A stretch of 64,000 nt of DNA from NCBI GenBank assembly GCA_964106645.2, contig OZ067043.1, one strand, 5' to 3'. Under the pieces are notes generated by a model. It saw only the letters and a list, made by a program, of their open reading frames with translations, was not told where the DNA came from and made no database searches. The DNA comes from Podarcis pityusensis (Eukaryota). Positions 39,201 through 51,766 of the stretch are shown in pieces (position 1 is the stretch's first letter; each line of letters opens with the position of its first letter). A program made the position numbers and the translations under genes.

Positions 39201-42200
39201 TTCTAACATTCCTTTTACACTGCCTTACTTGTTGAGTTATGGAACAGCGGCTTTTTGATCCGTTTACCACCTTGATTCTATATCATGCTTAATTTCATTT
39301 ACACCAGTGGGCATGGCATGATAGAACAACATACATCATTGGGCATGGCATGCTTTCACCATTTATGCACATGTGTGCTTCTTTTCCCCAATGACTCATC
39401 CATGAAAATGGCGGGAAAGAACTGTATGCTGGAATACCACCCCAGTTTTTGTCAAATGAACAAGTGGTGAGATGATCCATGAAAGTGGGGAAATTATAGC
39501 ACATAACTGCAGTTTTCCAGGTTAATGGGGTTGCAAACAGATTCCCCCCCTAAAATCAATTAACATGACAGTGAGCTATTGTTTCGTTTATTTTTACATC
39601 ATGTATTTTTGTTTTTATACTGTAAACCACACTGAGATCCTCGAAAGAAGGGTGATATATAAATAAAAAATAAATAATAAAAGATTCTGCCAGGTTTCCA
39701 TAACACCAGGTTTTTTACGTCATGTAAAAGGTAACATAAAGCATGATAATTGTCAGATAAAGAAAAGCTGGGGAAATAGAATAAAGTACTGTCTGAATAC
39801 AACCTAAGACATCACTGCTGTCATCTGTCAGTGAACAAAACTTCACAGAACCATAGCAATTTATGTCTCAGAAAGATTCTGACAATCATTCACTAACATC
39901 CTGTTCTGAAGAAAAATCATAATTATTCAAACTCAACTAGCAGAGGGGAGGACGAGGGAACAACCCACACACCACAAGACCTCATTTGGACCCCTTGTTA
40001 GTTTGGACACCGTGGCTCAAGAATTGTACTGAATCCTTCTGCCCCTAGTCTCAATCTGTAAGACAGAGGTGGGGAACTGGAAGGCCAGATTCTGACCTCC
40101 CTCAAGCCCCACAAGCTACTTTCATGTGTGGGTAGGGCTGCCTATCTGTGAATCATGACACCAGGTGAAAGCAAACTGTTTGAGGGTAAAGACACAGGGC
40201 TTTCCAGAAGCTGATGATCAGCAGGGCCTGAAAAACCCGCTTTCAGCAGGTAGCCATGACTTCACCTAGCAGAGATGGGCAATAAACCTTGTGTTTCCCC
40301 CCAGAAAAACTATCTGTGACAAAGCACGCCAGGTGAACACTTGAAACATCTTGAGGGGACCACCTGGCCATTCAACTTCATGCTCAAAGGATGCACCTTG
40401 TCCCCCTTCCCAAAGGCAAAACAACAGCAACAGCAATCCTACTAGAGCAGTATTGCAATGGACGAGCTGCTCATTGTATGATGCAGATTCCATTTTAAGC
40501 ACTTTTTAATTGTCATTACTAAAAACAAAGAGAAGAGTCAACATATTTCCAATAAAGGGTAGAACAGGTATCTAGCATAAGTGCTTCTGGCATAGATGAG
40601 CCATGGGGAACCTGTACTCCTCCAACTATTTCTAGACTCTCCTCACCCCTGAACACTGGGAAACATCTGGTTTCCTATCCTCAATATAAAGCATTCTGTC
40701 TCATGACACAGGGGGAGACTTGACAACCTATTGTGCTATCAAACTTGGTAGAATGTATTTAAAGTCAATAATTTATAGCTTGGTTTGTGCACGGCACGGC
40801 ACACACAGAACAGTTCTAACATGACTGCTCAGAGGTCTGCCCCACTGATTGCAATGAGAATTATTCCCAGGTAGGGATAGGATTAGTCTTAGGCATCAGG
40901 CACATTCTTCTTTGTTTATCCTGGCATTTTAACCTATGCAAACCGACTATTTTGAAAGATCTTCTCCAATGCATTTATTATTATTGTGTATTATTGTACT
41001 AACGTGCGTGTGAACCCGTGTGTGAATAAGCAAAAGCAATGGGCCAAATCTTCCACTTCTGCCACAAAAAGAAACTTCTTAGCCCCGTATGATATGCCCT
41101 AGGTTAGAGGTGTGGAACCTCCAGACCCCACAGGCCTAATCAGGCTCCCAAGACCTGCCCATTTGGCCCATGAGGACATGTATGGCCTGCCCTACACCTG
41201 ACATCATAGCTGGCATTATGCCTTCACTTGTGGCCCTGTGGCATCCCAAAGGGCAAGAAGGCCTGCTTCTTATTTAGTTCAATGCCTCTCTCTTCTCAAG
41301 GGTTTCCAAGGGCTAGGCGAGGTCAACAGCTAAAGATGCCCTGCAACATGCACATGCCCTGCAAAAATGTAACCATCTGCAAAACCATAGCTGCTTAATG
41401 TCAACCTAAGCAGGAGTTTTAGTGTTTTTGAAAAGCCTTATCAACTATGATTCCTATATAGGGGAAAAGGCAGTTCCTTCCTCTAGAAGGCAGAGATACT
41501 AGATTTAAATCTAGTAAGCCATACCTTTAAGTGTGGCTTCTTACATGCTCATGACTTGACAGCTACAACATCAAGTGACAGGTTGCTTGTACGAGACAGC
41601 CATCCCAGCACAAACATCACAGAGTAGAGATTGCACGTTGTTGAATCTCAAACACTGTATGGAGGCGATTGATGCATTGAAGTGAGAGTCCCTGGATGAT
41701 AAGAAGCCACATGATGATGAGCTATCATATGATGCCTCTGCAGGTATGAATCAGCTATTCTCCGATTCAGTTTTAAAATGAATGACACTACATGCTACCA
41801 TGGCTGATTAAGACAGTGATTTCAAGACAGTCTGGGGCACTCAAATCATTTAGTAGACTACAAATGGACTACAGCAAGTAGCAGTTTTAAGATTGCATAA
41901 ATGGGGGGGGGGGAAACCTTCTACAAACCCATTTATGTTTTGGCTTATGTGAATTAGTGTGTATCACCCATGCCTGCTCATGAAGCAGTCAAGTGTAAAA
42001 GTAAATCCACATTCCTCAATTTATTAAGGCTACTGAATACTTAGAAGTTACTCATTATCTCTTTCACCACAATCATCTGTAATCTAGTCTTTTGTAAAGC
42101 ACCCAGAATGCAGTTTCTGTAAGATAGCCTTCTGCAGCCTGGTGCCTTCCAGATGTTTTAGACTCCAGCTCCCATCAGCCTCCATGGTTTTGCTGTCAAT

Positions 42201-45200
42201 TGTAGTCCAAAATATCTAGAGAGTCAGAGGCTGGGGAACGCTGCCTTCACCAAGTACAAACCTGACCTTCTAATTAAAATATATAATTCAGACTTGAAAC
42301 CTTAGATATCACAATTCACCTGAAAGCATAAGAGCATTAAATGCATAGAAGGAAGAAAACAGCTAGAGCAAACTATCCCACTCAACAGCAGTGTATTCTT
42401 ATGCAACAGAGAGATCAACTTAATCATAGATGACAACTTCTGAAAACCTTTGCTTTGAATTCATCCCTGGCATTTTTCTAGGCCAGCTTGAAAACAAAAG
42501 CTTTGTCTTCTTAAAATGCAATAGCCTCAGGCATCTTTGCAAAAATAAAAAAGTGACATATCTCAGGTCTGGGGGAAAAAGTCTGTTCCTGTTGCCTTTC
42601 AGCATCCCTCTAAAAGCTTCTCTCTACAATTTAGCTAGATTCAGATTATCCAGATCAGCATGAATTCTACAGATTAACCTACTCCTATAAATATAGGTAT
42701 GAAAAGTGTAGGTTTAGGATTACATTTTAACTACCTCATTACAGCTTTATGGGTTGGAAGAAAATCGCTCGTTATTAACCCAAGACACTTTTGCCTAGCG
42801 AATTTTTATGAATTTAGAAAGCATTTGCTGTGGCAATATATGTGAATGTTACATCTATTCAGCTCATTATTTCAGACTTTGCTCTCCCCTCCCCTCCTGG
42901 GCTTGCTTATATTGCACTCTTTCCATAACTATATTCTCCCCAGCCTATCCACACACTATTTTCTAATGCATGTCCAACAAAACTGCATCCTGTGGACATG
43001 CAACCTGTCTTTAAGCCTGAAATAAAACATCTCTTGAGTTTCTTTCCAAGTTGTGGAATAAGCTCCTGCACATGTCAGCTTATTTCTTGAGCTTGGAAAT
43101 GAGGACCTTTGACTTTAGTGACCAACAGTGTTTACTGAAAGAACCCTATAGAACTTGCGTTTACTATTTAACTAAGGATGGAACCAATGAAATAAGTTCT
43201 ACCAACGAATAGCAAAAAAGAAATGGCATAGAATTACAAACTTCGCTCCTCCCTGTCTCCCCATATATGCAAAATTAATGATTATATGTTGACACGTCTC
43301 TTAACCATGATTGATGCTAATCAAGATCATCAAGACCATCTTGATCAGGATTTAAAAATCACCATTAACTATGGCTAAGGGATAAGTTGTTTAGGTTTAA
43401 TCTCAGATAAGCCACTCTCTCCATCCCACCCTCTCATGTTGTAGATGAATGAAATTCTGCCTATCAGGGAAGCTACTGTGATTTTACACCCAGAAGCCAT
43501 TTCCTCTTACAGTCTCAATTTAGTTGCTGGTCTGGAATTTCCAAACACAAATAATCATCATGGGATACAGATCAAAATGTTCTGGTTCCATTATTGAATT
43601 GCTTGCAAACTGGTCAGTAAAAAACACCCTTGCTGGCAATGCTTGTGTCTCCTTTCTCTGAACAGCTAAAACTGTCCAGTTTTCCTTTCAAATAAATGAT
43701 CTCCATCAACAACACTGATCTTCCCTTCATGTTCTGCAAAGCAGAGGGCCTGTAGCTAAGGTTTTGGCTGATGAATACACCCACCCACACTCCACTATGG
43801 GAGTATGTCCTCATCCTCTGTTGTGTCTAGGGATGCCCACACATTACATTCAACAAGTGTGACCTCTGTACTTGTGCGCTTAACAGTTGAGCTGTATAAA
43901 CGTGTACACAGAAACGCCTGTGTACGTGTAGAGACGGTTTGTATCCGTGCTCAGTGTTAAATGTGTGACTAAGCTCTCATTCTCTAGTTCCTCTTCCTAA
44001 CCCTCACCTTCCAACCCAAGTGTTTCCCTCTCCATCTTACCATCTTTTTCCCCTTTCATCCCTGCACATCCCCCTCTCTGACGCATTTGCTATTGGTGGC
44101 AAGTCTTCCCGATCATGAGAACAATGCAACATAAAACACTCCTCCCCAACCCCTGCCTTGTTATCTGCCTTTTCTAAGGCAACAGTCCTCATAAGGCTCC
44201 CCCTTCCTTGTTTTGCCGTTCCCTTGAAATCCATCTACAACTTTTATCTTGACGGTCAGAGCCCACATATATCCTCCAATGGGTTTCAGTTGGGCAGCAG
44301 AGGAATATTAGTCTAAGGTATGTGCCTCAATGCCTTACATTCTAACTAAGCCCGATTTTTCTCTTCAACAAAAACATCTATAAATATGAATAATACCACT
44401 GACAAGCCACTATTGAGAGCGGGTAGCTTTTAAGAGACTCTAAAGAGCTCTACTCTTGCTCCATTACTGTGATGTTGTCTAGATTTTTCTCACACAGCCT
44501 GAACTCCATTGCCAGGGAAGTTATTTTCTTCACAGTTCTTTAAAAATAAAAATAAAAATGAAGCAGTAGCAAGAAAACCCTGCCATGTAAGATTTTAGTT
44601 CTGTGTATCCTGCTTCTCTACAGCCACAATGGGCATGTTCCAGCCAGTTATGAAGATTGAAATCCTACTGATTGCTGTATGTATTTACCACTCCCCACAC
44701 TGGAATCAACAGATCTCAAAACTGCTAAACTTTTGATTGGATTGAGCCCGATGGGTGCTGCATTTCATTGTCTTATTACAAAAGTCCTGTACATGATGCT
44801 CTTTTAAAGGGGGAGGGAACCCCAACCCCTGTTTTTAGAAACTGTCCCCACAAAAAAGCAGGCACAACTCATCTTAGAAAGGTAAATGCAACAGAACAGT
44901 GAAATCAATACTTTAAAAACAGAAAGCCACCATTCCGAAACATCCTCTACGCAGCCCAACCTGCAAACCAGTTAAGCTGAAGTTTAGGGATTTAGCTCCA
45001 ATGAATTGGTTTTTAGCACGTAAGCCTGGCCCCTGGAGCTGTTTATTCTACACTGATTGCAATGCCACACTTGATGAATCTGACATATTTAGAAATGGAT
45101 GCATAAGCTCACCACCTGCCTTTCACAGCTTATTTGGTTCAAGAGATCATGCCAACAATGCCCTGAATTTGCTTCTCATCTCCAGCCCCCAACCCCTGCA

Positions 45201-47929
45201 ATATTACCCCATATTCATGGGACTTCAAATGGCACATACATTAAAAGGAAAGTCGCTTTAGGAAACAGCATGTTTGATAACTATACATTTTCAAATGCAC
45301 ATCCAAGGATGCTTCATCACAACCTATTCAGGAAAAGTACTTGCAGAAACAGGAGCCTTTGCCAAGATGGGACAGCATTTAAGGTCAATTAAAAGGTGAT
45401 CATGTTGCTAGAAGGAGCAGAGGTGTTGATTAATGTACTGAGAAGTATTTGTATGATCACTTGTAGTGCATTCCAAGTATTGTGCTTTTAAATTCTACGT
45501 GTTTCTTTTGTGTGTGTTTCTAAGTCACCTTGAGGCATTTTGTGTAAAGTTTTTAGTAAGTAAATAAATAACTAAGGTTTGGGAGCTCAATAGCAACCTT
45601 GAATTGTTCACCTCTCTAAGGGGCAGCAGTGCTGCACTAGCTCAGCTGGTTGAGAGACGTATTAAACAGAGCTCATGTAATCTTTACATGTCTAAACAGT
45701 ACTCCATTCTGAAGTGGATCAAGTGTGCTACTGCTGGGGTGCTGGGTTTGACTGCGAAATCTAGATCCAAACATCCTGCAAAATTCAGTGCAAGGCTCCG
45801 GGCAAATTCACTACTTCACAAGGCTGTTGCAAGACTAAAATAATTCTTTTGAGCTCCTTTACGGAAGGGTGTAATAAATGTTCTAGATATGTCAGATTAC
45901 TCACAACAGCAAACCTTCCAGTGGAGCCAAAGTTTCTAAGCACTGAATGGAGGCATTTTGCTTTGGGGGAAAAACAAGCATGGAGTCGTTTTGTATTTTT
46001 TAAGAGCTCAGATCTGACTGCTCGCCATCCTATATAATGCATGTCCCTGAACTGCTGAAATCAGTAAGAAGCGTGTTTCTAGGAAGCAATATGACATTCC
46101 CACATTGATAGGCCAGTGCAGTAACTACGACGACGTTTGATTTAGATGTGAGAGGGCAAGGTTCAAATCCCAGCTCAGTTCATTGCACAGCCTTGGGCAA
46201 GTCACTAACTCTCAGCTGCACCATCTCGAAACCCAGTGAAGGTTTCTAAAGAGGACTGAGGATAAAGGGAACTGCAGTGCACTTGTGTACTGAAATGCAC
46301 TTTTAAAATAGTACTAAGCATGCACAAATGTTTCCTGCTGAAAGAAACCTAAGCAACATAGCAGGATGTGTGGAGGGGCAACAGCTCAGTGAAAGAACAC
46401 GTGTGTGGCATGCAGAAAGTCACATGTACTGCCAGTTTAAAAGACCAGGTCACAAGTGATGGAGGAGGGCAGCCTCAGAATAGATCATACTGGGCCAGAT
46501 GGACAAGTAATCTGACCTAGTATAAGGTGGCTTCTGATGTTCTTATGATAAAACATGTGTTAAACTTATCTTGCTACGTTAGCTCTTGACTGCTATCCCT
46601 TATATATACATATCTGACAGTGACCCAGAGATCAGATCATTCAGAGACTATTCCGGCCACACTGGCACAAGACCAAGCTTAGGAAATTATCCATCCACCT
46701 AGCTCAGTATTGTTTACACTGGCTGGCAGCAGATCCACAGACTACAAGCAGAGGTCTCTCCCATTCCTGCCTGGAGATACCAGCAACTAAACCTGGGACC
46801 TTCTGCATGCAGGACATGCTCTAGCACAAATCTGGAAATCTCCCCCGATGAAGAAAACTTAATCGAATGCATTTTAAAAATTGAGTAAGGAGATTCCCCC
46901 CGCCCCAGCTGCCCCCTGCACAACAGTGATCTACAAATAACATTTGCAATGCAACCATCAACAAACCTGTCAGATATCATGGACAGAACACTGGTCATAT
47001 AATTTATGTCATAAAGAAGCCAACACACGGACATCAAATACACTTCACTGGGGAGGGGTTGACAACATATATTTGGACTGTTTTTATTTATTATTACCAT
47101 TATTATGAATTTTGGTGCTTCTCCAATAGAGAAAGGGATTTGACCTATACTTTGGGTTCTCAGAGATTCAGAAAACTTTTTTCCTTTCTGAGCACCTGGC
47201 TATCTGTTGGCACAGTAGCACCTCTGGTCTCTTTGCCCCTTCCAGACGCTCCGTGGGACTTAAAACAGGTGGAGGGTATTGACGTAGTACAAAACGTATT
47301 TGAAATCCAATTGGGAAGGAACCATTTTTAAAAGAAAAAGGAAAAAAGATTTCATTTCTGACAGGCATGTCCAATTCCTTTATAAAACAAAACAAAAAAA
47401 AAGTCCAAGAAAGTGGTATATCATTCGGCAGACACAAGAACTATACCCTTTTTTGTAATAACGAAGAAAGGGGGAGAAAACACTTAAAAGTTCAAAGACC
47501 AAAGAAAGAAAAACACGCACATTAGGCAAACATTTGAAGAAGGGAGAAAAAAGGAAAATGGGTGTGTGTTTTTTTAATTTGAGCAGAGGAGTGCATAAGA
47601 CAAGGTTGCAAAAACCAGAACTAATTGTTGTAAAGGAAAAAACAGAAGGGGGGTTAAGCAAAAGCAAAAAAATAGTTTAGGGGTGGGGGTATAGGAAAGA
47701 GAGCCAAAAAAAGGGTAAAAACAGCTGCTAGACCTCACACTGCAAGGAAAACAAACGAATAACAACAACCAAGAACAAAACAGGTAGTGTCTCTTTTTAA
47801 AAAAAGAAAAAAAGAAAACCACAACCAAAAAGTAATTCATTATTCATCTTATGTTGTCAATTTGAAAAGAACAAAAGGGGGGAAAGCAGTTGGAGGAGGA
47901 AGAGAAGAAGAAGCGGGGGAAATACTCAC

Positions 47930-48220
47930 CAAGCAAGAAAATACTCAGAAGTAAAAATGTCAAAGAAGGAGTGAGTGAGAGACAGGGAAGGAGGAAAGAG
48001 TGAGAGAGCCACCAGCACAGACAGAGTAATAGCCCAGAAGCAGCAGCCCGAGCTACCGCCGGGTTCCCGAGCCAGCGCCTAACGCCAACTCTACCGAGCT
48101 GCGAGCAAACTGGCAGAGCTTAGAGTCCGAGCGCTAAGAGTCCTTCCACCAGAACGCACCATTGCGACGAGCGAAGGGGGGGAAGGAAGCGATCACAACT
48201 CGACGGTCTCCCGGCTTATG
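47930..48220 (-). other. Putative first exon of an unidentified gene (5' end uncertain)
   Basis: Minus strand reads ...TTTTCTTGCTTG|GTGAGTATT (plus ACTCAC 47924-47929) at the edge of the CpG island, followed by a very U-rich intron start. The TSS position is a guess. Confidence 0.65.
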
Positions 48221-48600
48221 CGCCCGAGAGCGCGCCAAGCAGCCACCCCTTAAAGGCTCTCGAAGAGAGGGAAGGGGGATTTTGCTGGAAAAGCCGAGTG
48301 CCGCCGAGCAGAGCTGGGGGGAAAGGCTGAGGCTCCGGTTTCCCCCCACTCACTCCGGTGTTTTTGGAAAAGTCCGCTCCTGGAGGTAGCGGGCTGGGAG
48401 GAGGGAAGCGAGAGGTGGAGAATCGCTTCTAATCGGCGCTTGACTGTTCTCAAGGATGTGATCCCCTTAACGAAGCGGTGCAGGCATAGTTCCGACGATC
48501 CTGGCTGGGTCCTCCTTTGCTGGGGGTGGGTGGATCTTCGCCAGACGTGGGGCTTGGTGGTGGTGGCAGGCGGGGCCGGGTGCCTGACAAGCAGGATGGA
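48045..48600 (-). promoter_or_regulatory. CpG island / putative promoter of a minus-strand gene
   Basis: Only extended CpG-dense, GC-rich, non-repeat stretch in the window. GC-box-like GGCGGGGC at ~48569-48576. Lies directly upstream (minus sense) of a consensus splice donor. Confidence 0.8.
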
Positions 48601-49824
48601 TGAGATTGATTCTGTGCAGTAGACAGCTGAACGCAGCAAATAAAGGGAGCTGATGCAGAGACGGGCAACCTGTGGCCCTCCAGATGTTGTGGAACCACAA
48701 CTCCAGTCGCCGCTGGAGTTGGGAGTGCAACACATCTGGCTGGCTACTTGTTCCCTATCAGAATCATAGAGTTGGAAGGGACCACGAGGATCCTGCCTAT
48801 CCTGGTGTATTAAGATTCTGTCTGTGCAAAAGGAAGTTCTACTGCATTCAGTGGGGCTTGCTCTAGGTAAGTAGTTATAGAATTGTGGCCCGAATGAGAC
48901 TGCAAAAGATGCTTTGATGCTGTAACCTTCAAGTGCTTCTTGGGTATCTTCTTCTATAGCAGCGGTGGGGAGCCTGTGGCCCGCCAGATGGTGGTTGGAC
49001 TACAACGCCCATTTTCTCTAACCATTGACCATGCTGGCTGGGGAAGATAGGAGTTGGACTCCAACAGTATCTGGAAGGCCGCAGGTTCCCCACCTGCAAA
49101 GTGGTGTGGTGAAGCCTGCAGTGTCTCTGATGCACCCATAAATATTCTAAGCAAAGTTCAGGTTTGCTAAAAACCTTGATGAGGAAGTTAACTGGTGAGT
49201 GAGAGAGAGATAGGCAGGAGAGTTCTCAGAGCATCGCAAATTGGCAGTTATGGGCTAAACCATGGTGGTAATAATCCCATGACAGAAGTTAAAGTCTCAT
49301 CCAAAGAAAGGCTCGTAAAGTCAGTTTAGTATAAACCAACAGGGAGTCGTGGCTTCGACAAGCCCAAGCCCATATGAAATCAAGGTTTTTTAAGCATGTC
49401 TAATGCTTAATCTATTTACTTATTTAAATCTAATTAGTTAAAATTAGGGGTGGTGGTGGCTTACAACAAAAATATGCAGACAAAACACATACAACACATA
49501 AAAGTAACCCTATCCTTTAAAAACACGCAACACAACAAATCACTGAATGGAAATTACTAATAGCAGCAGCAATCAGGTCTCTCTCTTCCTTCAAAGGCCT
49601 GCCAGAAAAGAAGGATGCCAAAAACTAAAGGGAGATGGGGCCAGACACACCTCTTTCAGGAGGTGGGGTTTGACAAGAGAGGAGCTGCCATTGAAAAATC
49701 TGTTTCCTGGTCCCCAACACCATGCCACCAGGAGGGTCTCATTTGCTGATTTGCTATACAGACGTGGATAGGAACTTGCACAACTGCTCTCTGGCTAGTA
49801 ATGAAGCATTTTGCTAGTAATGAA

Positions 49825-50210
49825 GCATCTCACTCTCTCATAACACTAGAACTTGTAGACATCCGAAGAAGCTGAACGTTGGAAGATTCAAGACAAATAA
49901 AAGAAGGTACATCATTAAACAATGGAATTTGCTCCCACAGGAGGCAGTGATGGCCACCAATTGGATGGCTTTAAAAGAGGACTGGACAAATTCATGGAGG
50001 GTATTAATAACAACTGATAGCTATGTTCTACCTCCACTGTTGGAGGCAGTATGTTTCTGAATGCTAGTTCAGGAGGGTAGAGAGTGCTGTCACAATCAGG
50101 CCCTTCTTATGGGCTTCCCATGGGCACCTGGTTGGCCACTGTGAGAACAGGATGCTGGACTAGATGGTCCATTGGCCTGATCTACAAGGGCTTAGTCTTA
50201 TCTTCTTATT
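49825..50210 (+). mobile_element. CR1-type LINE 3' end
   Basis: GGATGGCTTTAAAAGAGGACTGGACAAATTCATGGAGG, then 3' UTR. UTR-only relatives near 9780-9960, 15550-15730 and 37030-37253. Confidence 0.8.
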
Positions 50211-51053
50211 GTGACTCATGATATTGAGCTGGTGCACCAGAACACTAAGACTGTCACACAAAGGCAGAAGCTGAAAGTAGCATAGCTGTGTCTGTTAACT
50301 TACAACTTCACATTATTAGTGAATTTAGCTGGGTGCAGAAAAGGAGGGGGTGAACTTGGAGAGGGAACTGGGCAACAATCTTCAAATTCCTATCAACACA
50401 GACCACTTTGAACCTGTGCAACACAGAGCAGCTGTAAAACATGAACATGAAGTGCCCAAGTCCTTATTATTTCAATTGGATGGTCCTTTCCCCCACAGAG
50501 CTATCAACCACCAACCATCAGCAGCAGTCTCCAAATAAATAGGCTCCCTCTGCCTGGAAACAAGCTATAGTTATCACAAAGTTCTTCCTCTGCAAGTGTG
50601 GCGCTTAGCAGGCCAGAACTTCTGCTTCCTCCAACAGGCTTCTGTTCTCCATGTAGACATTCCTTTGGTGGAGCCAGTATCCATTCCATGGGAGTTGGCA
50701 GTAAGGAACAGCAAGGACCCAGGGACGCCTGAGATATCTTCTGGCTTCCTGCTTCTACAGGGATTGGGAATATGCGGCCAGCTAGGTATTGTTGGATTCC
50801 AACTCCCATCAGCTTCTGCCAGCACAGCCAATGTTCAGGGATGGTGGGAGTTGGAGCCCAACAACTACTAGAGTTAGATAGATCCTCTGTCCTTGCGTTA
50901 GGAGTGATCTTATGCTTGTGCCCTGATAGTGGGCTTTTTGTAAGCTTCTGACTGGCCACTGTGAGAACAAAATGCTGAACTAGATGGGCTTTTCGACAAA
51001 TCCTGCAGTGTGTTTTCTTACAACAGGGGATTCTGGCATAGGATATAAATGTA

Positions 51054-51298
51054 CAGTGGTACCTCGGGTTACATACGCTTCAGGTTACATACGCTTCAGG
51101 TTACAGACTCTGCTAACCCAGAAATAGTACCTCGGGTTAAGAACTTTGCTTCAGTATGAGAACAGAAATCGTGCTCCGGCGGTGCGACAGCAGCAGCAGG
51201 AGACCCCATTAGCTAAAGTGGTGCTTCAGGTTAAGAACAGTTTCAGGTTAAGAACAGACCTCCTGAACAAATTAAGTACTTAACCTGAGGTACCACTG
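51054..51298. mobile_element. Tc1/mariner-type MITE
   Basis: TIR CAGTGGTACCTC, TA TSD. Empty TA site in arm A at ~30371. Confidence 0.92.
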
Positions 51299-51392
51299 TA
51301 GTTTATTAAACTGGCTGGGGAAGAATGAGCGTTTTGCGGAGAGGTTCAGTAAGTTGTAGTTGCGAGCCCTGAACAGGGCAGGGTGAATGAAT

Positions 51393-51766
51393 TGTTAGGA
51401 TATTTCCGTTCCACCTTAAAAGGGAGCAGGCTTTGTGAGTCACACAGCCTGCGTATTTCCTGTTTCACAGGATGTTTCTGTTGTGTCTTTGTTTTCGCTC
51501 TCTGTGTCCGAGACACTGAAGCTGGCAGTCATGTTTTCTTTGTTCTGATCAACGCTGAATAAAACTTGTAAATAATGCTCTCCTGCGTGCATCTTTTGCT
51601 GTGCATTATCTGCTGATAGAGCGTGCATCGGCTCTGGAATGTGGCAGGCTATTTCTGGAGCTCATGTCGCTAATTGCTGATACTGTATCTACGGGAGATC
51701 GATGGATCGTCCGGAGGCGACTTGTGGGGCCATGATGGACTTTGTCTCCCTGGCAGTATCCCAACA
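51393..51766 (+). mobile_element. Solo LTR (374 bp)
   Basis: Ends TGTTAGGATA...TATCCCAACA, TSD TGAAT/AGAAT, AATAAA ~51558. The empty site GGGTGAATGAATCACTGC is present in arm A (rc of ~30273-30290). Confidence 0.88.

Noticed and set aside
47930-48220. Assigning a gene symbol
   Set aside because: I could not match the exon or peptide to any gene with confidence.
48250-48735. 161-aa minus-strand ORF over the CpG island
   Set aside because: Starts inside a MITE, and GC-rich DNA is stop-poor. No protein-like features.
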